Assembly (NCBI GenBank): GCA_025786725.1
Contig: JAHLTZ010000012.1
Span: 124,001-188,000 of the forward strand
Length of the DNA: 64,000 nt
Direction of reading: 5' to 3'
Source of the DNA: Syncephalis fuscata S228
Taxonomy: Eukaryota > Fungi > Zoopagomycota
A program made the position numbers and the translations under genes. The notes under the pieces were generated by a model, which had not been told where the DNA came from, did no database searches, and saw only the letters and a list, made by a program, of their open reading frames with translations. Below are positions 1-11,700 of the stretch, one piece after another. How positions within the stretch are numbered: the first letter of the stretch is position 1; each line of letters starts with the position of its first letter.

Positions 1-182
1 AGGCAGCGAGAACGATATAATGGAATTACGAATCATACTGACTATGAAAAAAACCAAACGGTCGCCAATCCAGCATCGCAAAATGTCGTCAGTTTAAATT
101 GTTGCTTCAATGAGATTAAAATTATTGTTTTAGATTCAAATAGCTGATTAAAATACACTGTTTCCTAGTCTATGGATTGTAG

Positions 183-300
183 AAAATGCAGAAAAGTGCC
201 CGGTATAAAGAACGCTGCCTTTTCTGCTTGTTATTCTCGCCAAATTACGATAGGGACAAATTATATTTAAAAAGCCAAACTAAAGCTGCAATCTAATCAC
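183..300 (+). pseudogene. Decayed 3' end of a fourth Cys-rich secreted gene copy
   Basis: Translates as KCRKVPGIKNAAFSACYSR, versus KCRVVPGIKGAAFPDCCP in the copy at 30050-30434. It is followed by the same tail, ccaaactaaagctgcaatctaatcacggc. Confidence 0.7.
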
Positions 301-329
301 GGCTCATGTAATTAATTAAATAATTAAAC

Positions 330-1134
330 AAATGTATTGAGTGCTATGTTCTTTGATTTATTTATATACAAAGCTTCAATTTATTCTTAGATCTATTTCA
401 CTGACTAATATATACCATTATTACGTAAATAATTGGACTGGGTCTGATTTTGCCCACTAATTAACTAATTGTATAGTAAATAAATACACTGTATTTATCA
501 TTAACAGCTAAAATATTGCAGCTATTATAGATGTTTACAGTTAGCTATAAATGCAACATGCTAGATTGCAAACTATAGCAAACATCAAGGCTACACTTAT
601 ACAATAGTGTTGGGTATCAGAGCGCAAATGTTAAAATATAACTGTTATTAACAACAAATTGTTTATTTTGAATACCAAATGATAGCTTTTAAAGATAGCT
701 TTAGTATTTAAGGCTGTGTTGATATACTGCCATTGCTTACACTGACTAAATATGCATGCAGTTTAGTACAATTGCCAATTTTATACCCAGTCTTTTTCTA
801 GCATAAATTGCACATTTTGATAACAGTAATATGCGCGCTAGGAACAAATTATAATAACTAATAAAAGAACAAAAATCAAATTGAATATAGTATTATTCCT
901 ATTTACAGCTTATCTATTTGGTTCAACCAATGTTTTGCTTACCATATATTTATTAGTTTCTGCTAGCGTATATAATACTTTTGGTTTGTTCAGCGACTTT
1001 TTAGTTAGTTACTACATGCAAAAATGTATCAATTAGAACAAATCAATTACAGACGTATTTGCTAAATTGTAACATCTATTACAGCTATTTAATAAATGTG
1101 GTCGTAATCAATATGTAGTATAGAATAGCAATAA
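330..1134 (+). repeat. AT-rich block A, copy 1 of 4
   Basis: Near-identical to 22470-23268 (direct) and to 29257-29995 and ~35070-35865 (both inverted). Always lies 3' of a Cys-rich gene or relic. Confidence 0.9.
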
Positions 1135-1903
1135 CATTGCTGCTATTCTTATATTCTAAACAACATCTTGTAAGCGTGATTATTAACACACTATGTTATT
1201 ATACAGCTCTGTTAGAATTACACGTGAACAGACAAGAATAATGCATATATCGAATTTCATCATTAATTCCTAACATCAAACAACTGTTACAAAGATATGG
1301 CGAGTAAACATTTGTTGAATATGAACATATGAACAATTACATAATTGATGTTGCTTTTTAGTAATGTATGAAGAAGAGCTTTTAAGTTCTATTCAATATT
1401 AAAAGCATTGCTGGTCTTTAGTTAGATTGTATTTATATTTAATACTATACAAGCTAGTCTTTTTATTATAATTGGGCTGTGCTAATTAATAACAAAAAAT
1501 ATAGCAGCAACGCAATATTAACCAAATGAAATAACACATTGTATTTTAAGTGTTAAGTATTAACAAAGATTTAAGGCTAAACAATAAATAGCTTTAAGAT
1601 AAAGCATTACTTAGTCATCTAACTTCCAGCTTTTAGAATCAAATTGTAACAGCATTGTTATTACGTATAACAAAAATGGTCAGCTATAGTCATTTTGTTA
1701 CACATATTTGTCTCACGTGCTATTAACTATGGTCATTATGCAAATGCCTGCTTATTTGTTTATAGTTAGAATAATCGTGTAAACACTTTGACATCAATGT
1801 GCAATATCCATGAGTGTTATAAAATGCTTATTCTTTTATTTTCAATAACTATGACTGTGATCAAAACCTGCCATTCTTTGTTTCTAATAACCATGGCCAT
1901 TTT

Positions 1904-2883
1904 AAAAGCGATTTTGGTGTAATTAGGTGGTAAAAGACAATAAAATGCGAACTAAGAAGCAATAATACTTATTTATTTAATAATAAACTAACAGTATTAT
2001 GTATAACTTTACGTAAAATAAAGCAGACTGCATGGTATTTTGCACAAGTATGCATATGGCATATAGATAGCTACCATAAAGTATACCGCAGCTGTATTGC
2101 GTAATAGTATAATCACTGTGGTAATACGCTAATAAATGTACAAAAATAGCAGTTTTTTACCATTTATAGCATATATACATAAAATACAGCAAAACGATTG
2201 CCGGATCCAAGTTCTCCATGCTTGGCTGTAAAGAATGGTATAAAATATAGAGCAATTATTTTTGCAAAAATAATTAGTCAAAATGCAATTACGTAAATAT
2301 TTGTTAACGAGGATCTAGGTTATATGTATATCAATGAAATAAGCTACCGCTGTGCATCGGTATTTACGCATACTAGCTTGCTATTATACTTTAATGTTTA
2401 TAGAATCTCTTATTTATCTTAAATCAAATTCTATTTTTAGTATTGACTTTTAAATCATGAATTTTAACCGCCTTTTTGTTAACAAATATTTACGTAATTG
2501 CATTTTGACTAATTATTTTTGCAAAAATAATTGCTCTATATTTTATACCATTCTTTACAGCCAAGCATGGAGAACTTGGATCCGGCAATCGTTTTGCTGT
2601 ATTTTATGTATATATGCTATAAATGGTAAAAAACTGCTATTTTTGTACATTTATTAGCGTATTACCACAGTGATTATACTATTACGCAATACAGCTGCGG
2701 TATACTTTATTGGTAGCTATCTATATGCCATATGCATACTTGTGCAAAATACCATGCAGTCTGCTTTATTTTACGTAAAGTTATACATAATACTGTTAGT
2801 TTATTATTAAATAAATAAGTATTATTGCTTCTTAGTTCGCATTTTATTGTCTTTTACCACCTAATTACACCAAAATCGCTTTT
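1904..2883. repeat. ~1-kb palindrome: arms 1904-2308 and 2478-2883, 169-bp spacer
   Basis: Arms are reverse complements from aaaagcgattttgg to ...atttgttaac, with only a 1-bp indel seen. Each arm contains the 22-bp perfect palindrome aattatttttgcaaaaataatt. Confidence 0.95.
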
Positions 2884-3669
2884 TGATACTGTTGCATTCT
2901 GTCATATTATTGGTGCAATAACTGCACGTTTAAATTTTTAGTCTGACGTTTTATCAGCATTTTAAGCTATTGTTAATAAAAATAATATATTTTTGCAGCA
3001 GCTATAGCTATCAGAAATAAAAATATTACATTTGTAATGGTTTTATTGTTATTGCCTGCTGTTATGGTCATGTTTTTATAACAGCGTGCCCAAGAAATAA
3101 ACTAAACGGCTAAACAAATCTGTTAAGATTACACGTAAATTAGCACACAAATACGACCGCTAAGTATTTGCTAGTTGTAAACATACAGCAGCTATATGGA
3201 CTGATATGCTGCGTTAATAATGAAATAGTACAAGGCATTTGGGCTTTACTATTAGCTATGTTTGTTATAAAATAATGGCTTCATTTGGTTGCAATTTTTA
3301 ATTAAAAACGTAACAGTATATACAATAAGTCATTAATATTAATTGAATAAACACTGCAGCTTGCCTAATACTAGTGCGATATTTTGCAAATAAACTATGT
3401 CCATTATTTCTTAATATGTTCTATCTATGCAAATGCAATATGCTAGTTAAAATACACGTAGTCTATATGAAATAACCGTCTTTTGTGTTAATGACTCAAT
3501 AACTATATGTGCAAGAATGGCTAAAGAAAATATATACCAATGATGCTGAATGATCTGTGATCTGATTTTCAACGTTTTGTCAAGATTTTGAAATGTACAC
3601 GGATTCTGGCCAATAAACTTGAATTTATTGCTTCTGAGCCCTTTTAAGGATTGATTTTGTTGCAACATA

Positions 3670-4386
3670 GCCAACACGACATTGATGTAGTTATTGTAGT
3701 ACATCATAAGAGACTTGTGCCGGCGCTACAACTATCTCATAAACTAGGTTGCCATATCGTGAAGGATTTATCAAGAATCGCTATATAGGACGCACATTTA
3801 TTATGCCTGGACAAACAATGCGTCGCAAAAATGTACGCCGTAAATTAAATGCAATGGCTTTGGAATTTGCTGGCAAAAATGTTTTGCTTGTAGATGACTC
3901 AATTGTACGAGGTACAACATCAAGCGAAATTGTTCAAATGGCACGCGATGTTGGAGCAAAGAAAGTGTACTTTGCATCGGCTGCACCAGCCATTAGGTGA
4001 GTAAATACAATACGAATCGATCGATTGATTAACTAGCCGATTAATTGCTGTTGATGTGTCTACAGACATGCCAATGTATACGGTATTGATATGCCGACTC
4101 CACATGAGCTTGTTGCCTACAATCGGAATGATGCTCAAATCGCTGAAGCCATCGGTGCCGACTATGTTATCTTCCAGGCCTTGCCAGACCTCATATCGGC
4201 CTGTAATAAGTTTAATCCAGCACTGGAGCATTTTGACACATCAGTATTTGATGGAAAGTACGTTACAGGTGATGTATCGACAGAATATTTGCGTTGCTCG
4301 ATAGCACACGCAATGACGAAGAGAAGACGAAACGTGATGCCGATGCGCCAGAGACCATTGGACTGCACAATAATTTTGGCAAATAA
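3670..4386 (+). pseudogene. ADE4: 5'-truncated amidophosphoribosyltransferase fragment (PRTase domain, last intron retained)
   Basis: [21 protein letters not shown] and [14 protein letters not shown]. Near-identical to the 3' part of the intact gene at 37649-39466; lacks the glutaminase domain. Confidence 0.9.
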
Positions 4387-5788
4387 GCTGTCGACTTGTT
4401 TATTCGTTTAATAAATGGAGTACCCTTGTGAAGTTGATTTATTTGTGTGCTAATGTTTCGTTAAAATGCTTGATGCAGCTTGATGTACTTGGCAATAGAG
4501 TGGTACAGCTAACTAGATGCTTGAGTGAATGAATAAACAGCAATCTCTCTTTTGGTATTAAAATATCCAGCTAAGCGATAACTATCAAACACACAATTAG
4601 TATTTATTTACAGAAATATAACATTACGTGCTATTAACATATAAAGTGGCTATTCATGTTAATTTCTACTCAGTTGTATTGGATACAAAACCTACTAAAG
4701 GGCAAAGGTAATATCCGTTAACTTCCTTATTCTATCATGAATTCAAGAGGTTAGGCCTTTTGGATTCAACAGCATTAGAAAGTAAATGCAAGGCAGGATC
4801 AGGTTAATACGGCTGTATACAGACGTAACACTTGGCCGGATTTCATTGAAGTTGGAAATGGTGTAAACCTGTTAAAGGATATATGGCAGTGTACACCAAT
4901 TAGACATGTCTACTGTTGTTCCATCCATATGCGCCAAGCAGCTTGTACCCCTAATCATTCTATCTTCTCACGCGAACATTATATTTTTAAATTGACAGCT
5001 ATTAAATGACAATTTAATAACGCACTGATGCTTACAATATTTAGTGCAGTATTTTAAAATATAGTATTTGCGTGTATGATATCCGTATTAATTCTTCAGA
5101 TGTAATAAAACTAAGGTGGCAGCGATCATATAAAAATAAATAAATAATAATTGGCGGTTGATGTGCAATAGGCCAGTTGAACTATTACATTGTTTCAAAA
5201 ATGCCGCTTTATTCACACGAGCAACAATATTATTGATTGGATACATTCTATTTTGGTGATATTCTACTGCAGACGAGACACTATGTCCTTTGTTGGCCTT
5301 TCTATTGCTTAGAACAGCAAATACTATTGGTTATAGGCTAAACATTGTGTGCCCCATTTCTGCATAGTTTAAGACCAACCTGTTTTTATTGGGCCTTTGA
5401 ATATCATCCCAATTTATCCATAATAATTTACATGAGTAGATAGATGATGTTTTGTAAATTGATATTCTAGACAGATTTTAATTGGACAAATGGCCTAAAT
5501 GTTACAGACGAACCACTGCTCTGTTATTATGTGTCTGTTTGAAAATAGCACATGCATGTATTTTCATTGGTGTTAGCATATTTGCATCATGCTTCTATAG
5601 ATAGAGTCTCGACTGCTCGGTTTAAAGGATTGCAAACTAATTTAAATAGCGCGATGTTGAAGCGTAAATCCAACTTCAGTACAACAACAGCTTTATTCCC
5701 CACTTTCTACATCCTACTTTTCTATACTCCAATACATATTCTTCTATTTGCTTTTAATAGCTTCTACTACCAAATTAGCATCATCACC

Positions 5789-8700
5789 ATGAAGTTCTCT
5801 ATTGCTACCGCTTCTGCTTTGGCCGTGCTCTTCGCAGTTAGCACAACTATGGCGGAAACTAGTTATGCTCCCAAGGGCAATCAATGCATTAAACACACCG
5901 ATAATGGCGGTATTCTTGGCTGCCCTGCCTTCCAACTTCCAAAAGATAAAAAGTGCAAGGTTGTACCTGGTAAATCTGGTGCTGCTTATCCTGATTGCTG
6001 TCCTCGCCCGGTTTGCGATGAACACAAAAAAGAGCCTGAAAGCCCAAAACAATGCATTAAAATCGATAAGAATGGCGGTATTCTTGGCTGCCCTGCCTTC
6101 CAACTTCCAAAAGATAAAAAGTGCAAGGTCGTACCTGGTAAATTTGATGCTGCTTATCCTGATTGCTGTCCTCGTGTAACATGTAGTATTGTTGCTACTT
6201 CGGTAAAAGTGTATTTTTACCGATGTAGCACAAAGGTAACGGACGATCTATGCTGATCCCTTACCGATTTCCTTATAAGGAAATTGCAACATTATTCATT
6301 ATTTTGTCCCAATTGTTAACAATAATTACAGCTATAAAATAGCTGTAATAACATACATTTTAATAAAGACAATTCATTTTCTACGCACTCTCAGGCCACA
6401 TATTGTGGAAGTTTAGTTTTTATTTAAAGAATAAGTTTTACACGTTTCATTGGTAGCAACGGGTAGTTTTAACTTATGCCATTTGATCACTCGAGTGATA
6501 GCTCTGAAAGCCCAATACCCTCACCGGATTTTTTTCCCGCAACTATAATGGAAACACTTACCGATTCACAACACGCCCCAGGATCTGATACACCAATACC
6601 GCATGTCGGAAGTAGCAATCACAACTTATCGTTCGGTGCACACTTCACCAAATATCACGGCCATTCGTCAGAAGATTTAAATTTATGGATTGGTACCGTA
6701 GATTTTGCCCTCAGTGCCCGTACAGAATGGAATGATACCCAACAACTAGTAGCCGTCGTCTCTTTGTTAGGAGGATCAGCGCAAAGATGGTTTATTGATA
6801 ATCGTCAAAATTTCCTAAAAGGGAAACAAGGTTACACAAACATTACAAATTGGGAAAATTTAAAAGACCGACTAATATTTCAATTTCAACCAATACAACA
6901 AGGCCCATCCATAAGATGTCAATTAGACCGTCTTAAGCAAGGCAAACAATCCGTGCAAGAATACGCTAACAAATTTCTTGAAGTAGTCGGCCGGTTACCT
7001 AACATGGATATGCCCGATCAAGTTCATCGATTTGCATCTGGCTTAAATAGTACTACAGCTAGTCAAGAAATACGCGTCCGGTGTATTACCGATCTACAAG
7101 AAGCCATTCGCACTGCCACCTTATATGACACTACGGGCCACTCTATTACTCCTCTAAAAACAAAATACACTGGATCTGCCCCTATGGAGCTAGACCGTAT
7201 GGAAAATCAACTATTTAAATGTTATAATTGTGGTGGCAACAATCACATGGCCAAACATTGCATGGCGGAACGACGAAATATTGATCGACGTGTCCAATAT
7301 GTCAAAAGCAACAATAACCATAACAACAACCACAACAATAACAGCCATAATAATCCATTTAACCATCAACATTCCAAAACAAATAACAACCCATTTCGAC
7401 GAGCCTACCGCCTCGAATTAATTTCCGATGACGATGATGAACCATATTCAGATACGCCTACTACTTCTGAAACGGAAACGGGAAAAGACAGCGACCAGTG
7501 AAGAACGGCGTACGCACTGGTCACAAACAATGTAGCCGACCAATTTCCCCTCCCGGGTTACCTGCCGAATACAATCGATTAGCATCCTTAAAACGATGTC
7601 CATTAATTACACTTAATGCTCAAATTAATGGCCACCCTGCCTTAATTTTAATCGATTGTGGTGCCACCGATAATTTCCTTGACGCAGCATTTGTAATGTC
7701 CTCAAACATTAATACTGAAAAGTATGCAAATGGTGGCCAGGAAATTAAACTAGGTAACGGTTCTATTTGTCGCGCATCCTTGTTTGCTCGTTCAGTACCA
7801 ATTTCAATAAAATCATGGTCCAACTATTTAGACTTTGAAATTATGCCATTGGGAAAATATCAGGCAATACTTGGAATGCCTTGGTTTATGATGTTCAATC
7901 CACAAATTGATTGGACATCTAGAACTATACAGACATTGCAGAATGATCCAATTACATCAACTCCAATTTTATTTAATAATATGTCCTCTTCTACACGTAA
8001 TATTCCATTTAACACTCATATTATTACCCCCTCATTAATGTCATTGGAACAACTAGAACAAACCTTAGATGAACCAGACAATAATGAAACATTCCTCGCA
8101 TTCTTATCCACTGCTGGTGGTACTACCACAGTATCCATTCTCGAGCCTGGCAAGCTTGCTTTCTCTGGTAAATATGCATCCACGTTAAATCAATTTAAAG
8201 ATGTATTTCCAGATGAATTACCGTCCGGATTACCGCCTCCACGTGCCGTCGATTTTGCAATCGACTTAGAACCTGGTCATGCCCCACCTTCACGTCCACC
8301 ATATCGATTATCACGCAATGAAATGGCCGAATTAAAGCAACAACTAGATGAATTAGTAGCCAAAGGTTTTATTCAACCAAGCGTATCACCATACGGCGCA
8401 CCAGTACTTTTTGTTAAAAAGAAGGAAGGTACTATGCGTATGTGTGTCGACTACCGTATGTTGAATAACATAACCATCAAGAACAAGTACTCATTACCAT
8501 TTATTGATGAGTTATTTGATCAATTAGAAGGTGCAAAGATATTTACTAAAATTGATTTGCGTTCTGGCTATCATCAAATACGCGTTCGAGATGAAGATGT
8601 CCCAAAAACGGCTTTTCACACACGATACGGCCATTATGAGTTTCGAGTTCTCCCATTTGGCTTGACCAATGCCCCTGCTACATTTATGCGACTTATGCAT

Positions 8701-11700
8701 GATGTATTACGTCCTTTGCTTGATAAATGTGTTGTTGTATTTTTAGATGATATTCTTATTTATAGTAAAACATCTGATGAACACAATGAACATATTAAAC
8801 AAGTTTTAGAACTTTTACGTAAACATCAACTTTATGCTAAAGCAAGTAAATGTGAATTTGGTGTGTCAAATGTTGAGTTTTTAGGCCACATGGTCAGTGC
8901 AGAAGGAATACATACATGTGCTGACAAAGTAAAAGCTATTACATCATGGCCAATACCAAAAGACGTGTCTGGTATTCGTAGTTTTCTTGGAACAACTGGC
9001 TACTATCGGCGTTTTGTTTCTAATTATTCTAAGATTGCAGAACCACTTAGTGAGCTTACACGTGATGACGTACCTTTCAATATGTCGGGTGCGCCTACAT
9101 TAGCATTCGAGGAATTAAAGAAACGTTTGTGTAACGCTCCAATTTTACGTACAGCCGACCCCAAATTACCATTTATGGTAACTACTGATGCATCCGATTT
9201 CGCCATCGGTGCTGTACTAGAACAAGAAGATGAAAGTGGTAAACGTCCAGTTGCTTACCACTCACGCACTCTTACAAGCACACAGCGTAATTGGCCAACT
9301 TACGATAAAGAAATGTTTGCAATTATGGAAGCTACGCGTGTGTGGGAAACATACCTTACTGGCAAACATTTCGACATTTATACAGATCATATGCCGCTTA
9401 AATACATACGTGAACAAGTCAAAATACCTGCTCGCCATGAACGTTATTTAGAATGGATTAGTCGTTTCAATTTTACTATTCATTACAAGCCTGGCCGTAT
9501 GAATGTCGTTGCAGATGCTTTATCACGACGTACCGATACACCACCCGTCTCTATTAATAACATCACTACTATTGCCCCAAATGATGATTTATTACAACGT
9601 ATCCGGGCAGGATATAATCAAGACGCGTTTTTCACAGGTGTGAAAACATTTCTAGAGGGGGGATAGAGACAGCGCATTCGAAAGAATTGCGCAAATGGTC
9701 GCGCCAATTTCGACTTGGTTCTGATGATGGTCTAATATACGAAATGCGTAATCGTGAACCACGTATTTGTATACCCAAAGATTATCAGTTGCGAGCTGAC
9801 ATACTGCGCGAAAGGCACGACGCACCGTCTGCTGGCCATTTCGGCATTGAAAAGACTATTGCAAATGTGCAGCGATCATATTGGTGGCCTGAATTACGAT
9901 CTGACATTTACAAATATGTTAATTCATGTGATGCATGCCAGCGTAATAAACCTTCTCAGCAACAACCGGCTGGTTTACTACAACCATTACCAGTACCTGA
10001 AGGACGTTGGCAAGATTTGTCTATGGACTTTATTGTTCAATTGCCAAAGACTAAGCAACATCATGATGCCATATTCGTGGTAGTCGATCGCTTGACGAAA
10101 CGTGCACATTTTATTGCTACTAAAACTGCTGTATCTGCTCCAGAAGTCGCCAAGCTATTTGTGGACAATATTGTTCGTCTACACGGCTTCCCTAAGAGCG
10201 TGGTATGCGACCGCGATACTCGCTTTGTTGGTTCCTTTTGGCGTTCTCTGTTCAAATTACTTGATGTTAAACTTAAACCATCAACTGCATATCACCCACA
10301 GACCGATGGTCAAACAGAACGTACTAATAGAACACTGGAACAAATACTGCGACATTACGTAAATTATCATCAAGATGATTGGGATACCTGCCTCTCTCTA
10401 GCGGAGTTTGCGTATAATAACGCAGAACAATCGTCAATTAAAATGACACCATTTTATTGTGATTTAGGACGACATCCAAGAATGGCAGATAATCTTATAG
10501 TAACACAAGATTATAATGACATTACATTAGTAGATAATACCGCACAATTCCTTGGTAAAATGAACATTATATTGACAGAGGCCCAATCTGCAATGAAAAT
10601 AGCTCAAGATCGACAAGCCCGTTATGCCGATAATAGACGACGAGAAGAAGAATATGAAGTTGGTGATTTAGTCATGTTGTCAACTGCCAACATTACAACA
10701 GAAGCAGATAAACAACGGCCTACGCGTAAGTTTAATGCCCGTTTTCTCGGACCATTTCCTATCGTGGAAAAGGTATCTTCTGTTGCGTATAAGTTGGAGT
10801 TACCAAATAATATGCGAATACATCCTGTATTTCATATATCTAAACTTAAACGACATGAACCAAATCCATCTGAATTTGGCGAACGACAACCTGCCCGACC
10901 ACCTCCAGATGTTATTGCCGGACAAGAAGAGTATGAAGTTGAAACCATACTAAAAGAACGTAAAAGGCGAGGCCGTACCGAGTATTTGGTTAAATGGAAA
11001 GGATACGATCAAAGTGAAGCTACATGGCAATCACGCGACGACCTTACGAATGCACCAGAGATACTAGACGCGTTTAATAATTCACAAGCTACTTAAGTGA
11101 ACTTACTATGTTCTTGTTGCGTTCTAATGCCGAGACGGCATTCATTTCTATGGGGGGAAGAATTGTAACATGTAGTATTGTTGCTACTTCGGTAAAAGTG
11201 TATTTTTACCGATGTAGCACAAAGGTAACGGACGATCTATGCTGATCCCTTACCGATTTCCTTATAAGGAAATTGCAACATTATTCATTATTTTGTCCCA
11301 ATTGTTAACAATAATTACAGCTATAAAATAGCTGTAATAACATACATTTTAATAAAGACAATTCATTTTCTACGCACTCTCAGGCCACATATTGTGGAAG
11401 TTTAGTTTTTATTTAAAGAATAAGTTTTACACGTTTCACCTCGCCCGGTTTGCGATGAACACAAAAAAGAGCCTGAAACCCCAAAACAATGCATTAAAAT
11501 CGATAAGAATGGCGGTGCTGTTGGCTGCCCTGCCTTCCAACTTCCAAAAGATAAAAAGTGCAAGGTTGTACCTGGTAAATCCGATGCTGCTTATCCTGAT
11601 TGCTGTCCTCGCCCGGTTTGCGATGAAGACAAAAAAGAGCCTGAAACCCTGTAATATTTAGATTTGATGGAAAGTGGATAATTTTTCTTTATTAGAATAA

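Larger units (their letters stand above)
330..5975. repeat. Left arm of large inverted segmental duplication (partner ~30250-35865)
   Basis: Colinear reverse-complement match through block A, the palindrome, the ADE4 fragment and the 5' part of the Cys-rich gene. The same ORFs are mirrored (2457-2657+ vs 33547-33747-; 3447-3707- vs 32497-32757+). Segment ~4740-5390 is more diverged. Confidence 0.92.
6175..11438 (+). mobile_element. Ty3/gypsy chromovirus LTR retrotransposon 1
   Basis: 275-bp LTRs at 6175-6449 and 11164-11438 (TG...CA, identical by eye). TSD CCTCG at 6170-6174 and 11439-11443. Primer-binding site (PBS) 6451-6469, polypurine tract (PPT) 11152-11162. Domain order gag-PR-RT-RH-IN-chromodomain. 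Confidence 0.97.

Noticed and set aside
1-147. Open frame at the window start
   Set aside because: Too short and truncated; no recognisable homology.
2457-2657. 66-aa ORF (and mirror at 33547-33747); 86-aa ORF 3447-3707 (and mirror at 32497-32757)
   Set aside because: They recur only because the DNA is duplicated; AT-rich with no protein-like features.
5552-5788. N-terminal extension of ORF 5552-6256
   Set aside because: The signal peptide and paralogue comparison place the start at ATG 5789.
330-5975. Repeat unit as a Helitron or DNA transposon that captured ADE4
   Set aside because: No convincing TC/CTRR termini with hairpin, terminal inverted repeat with TSD, or transposase. The captured pieces are local neighbours, consistent with segmental duplication.
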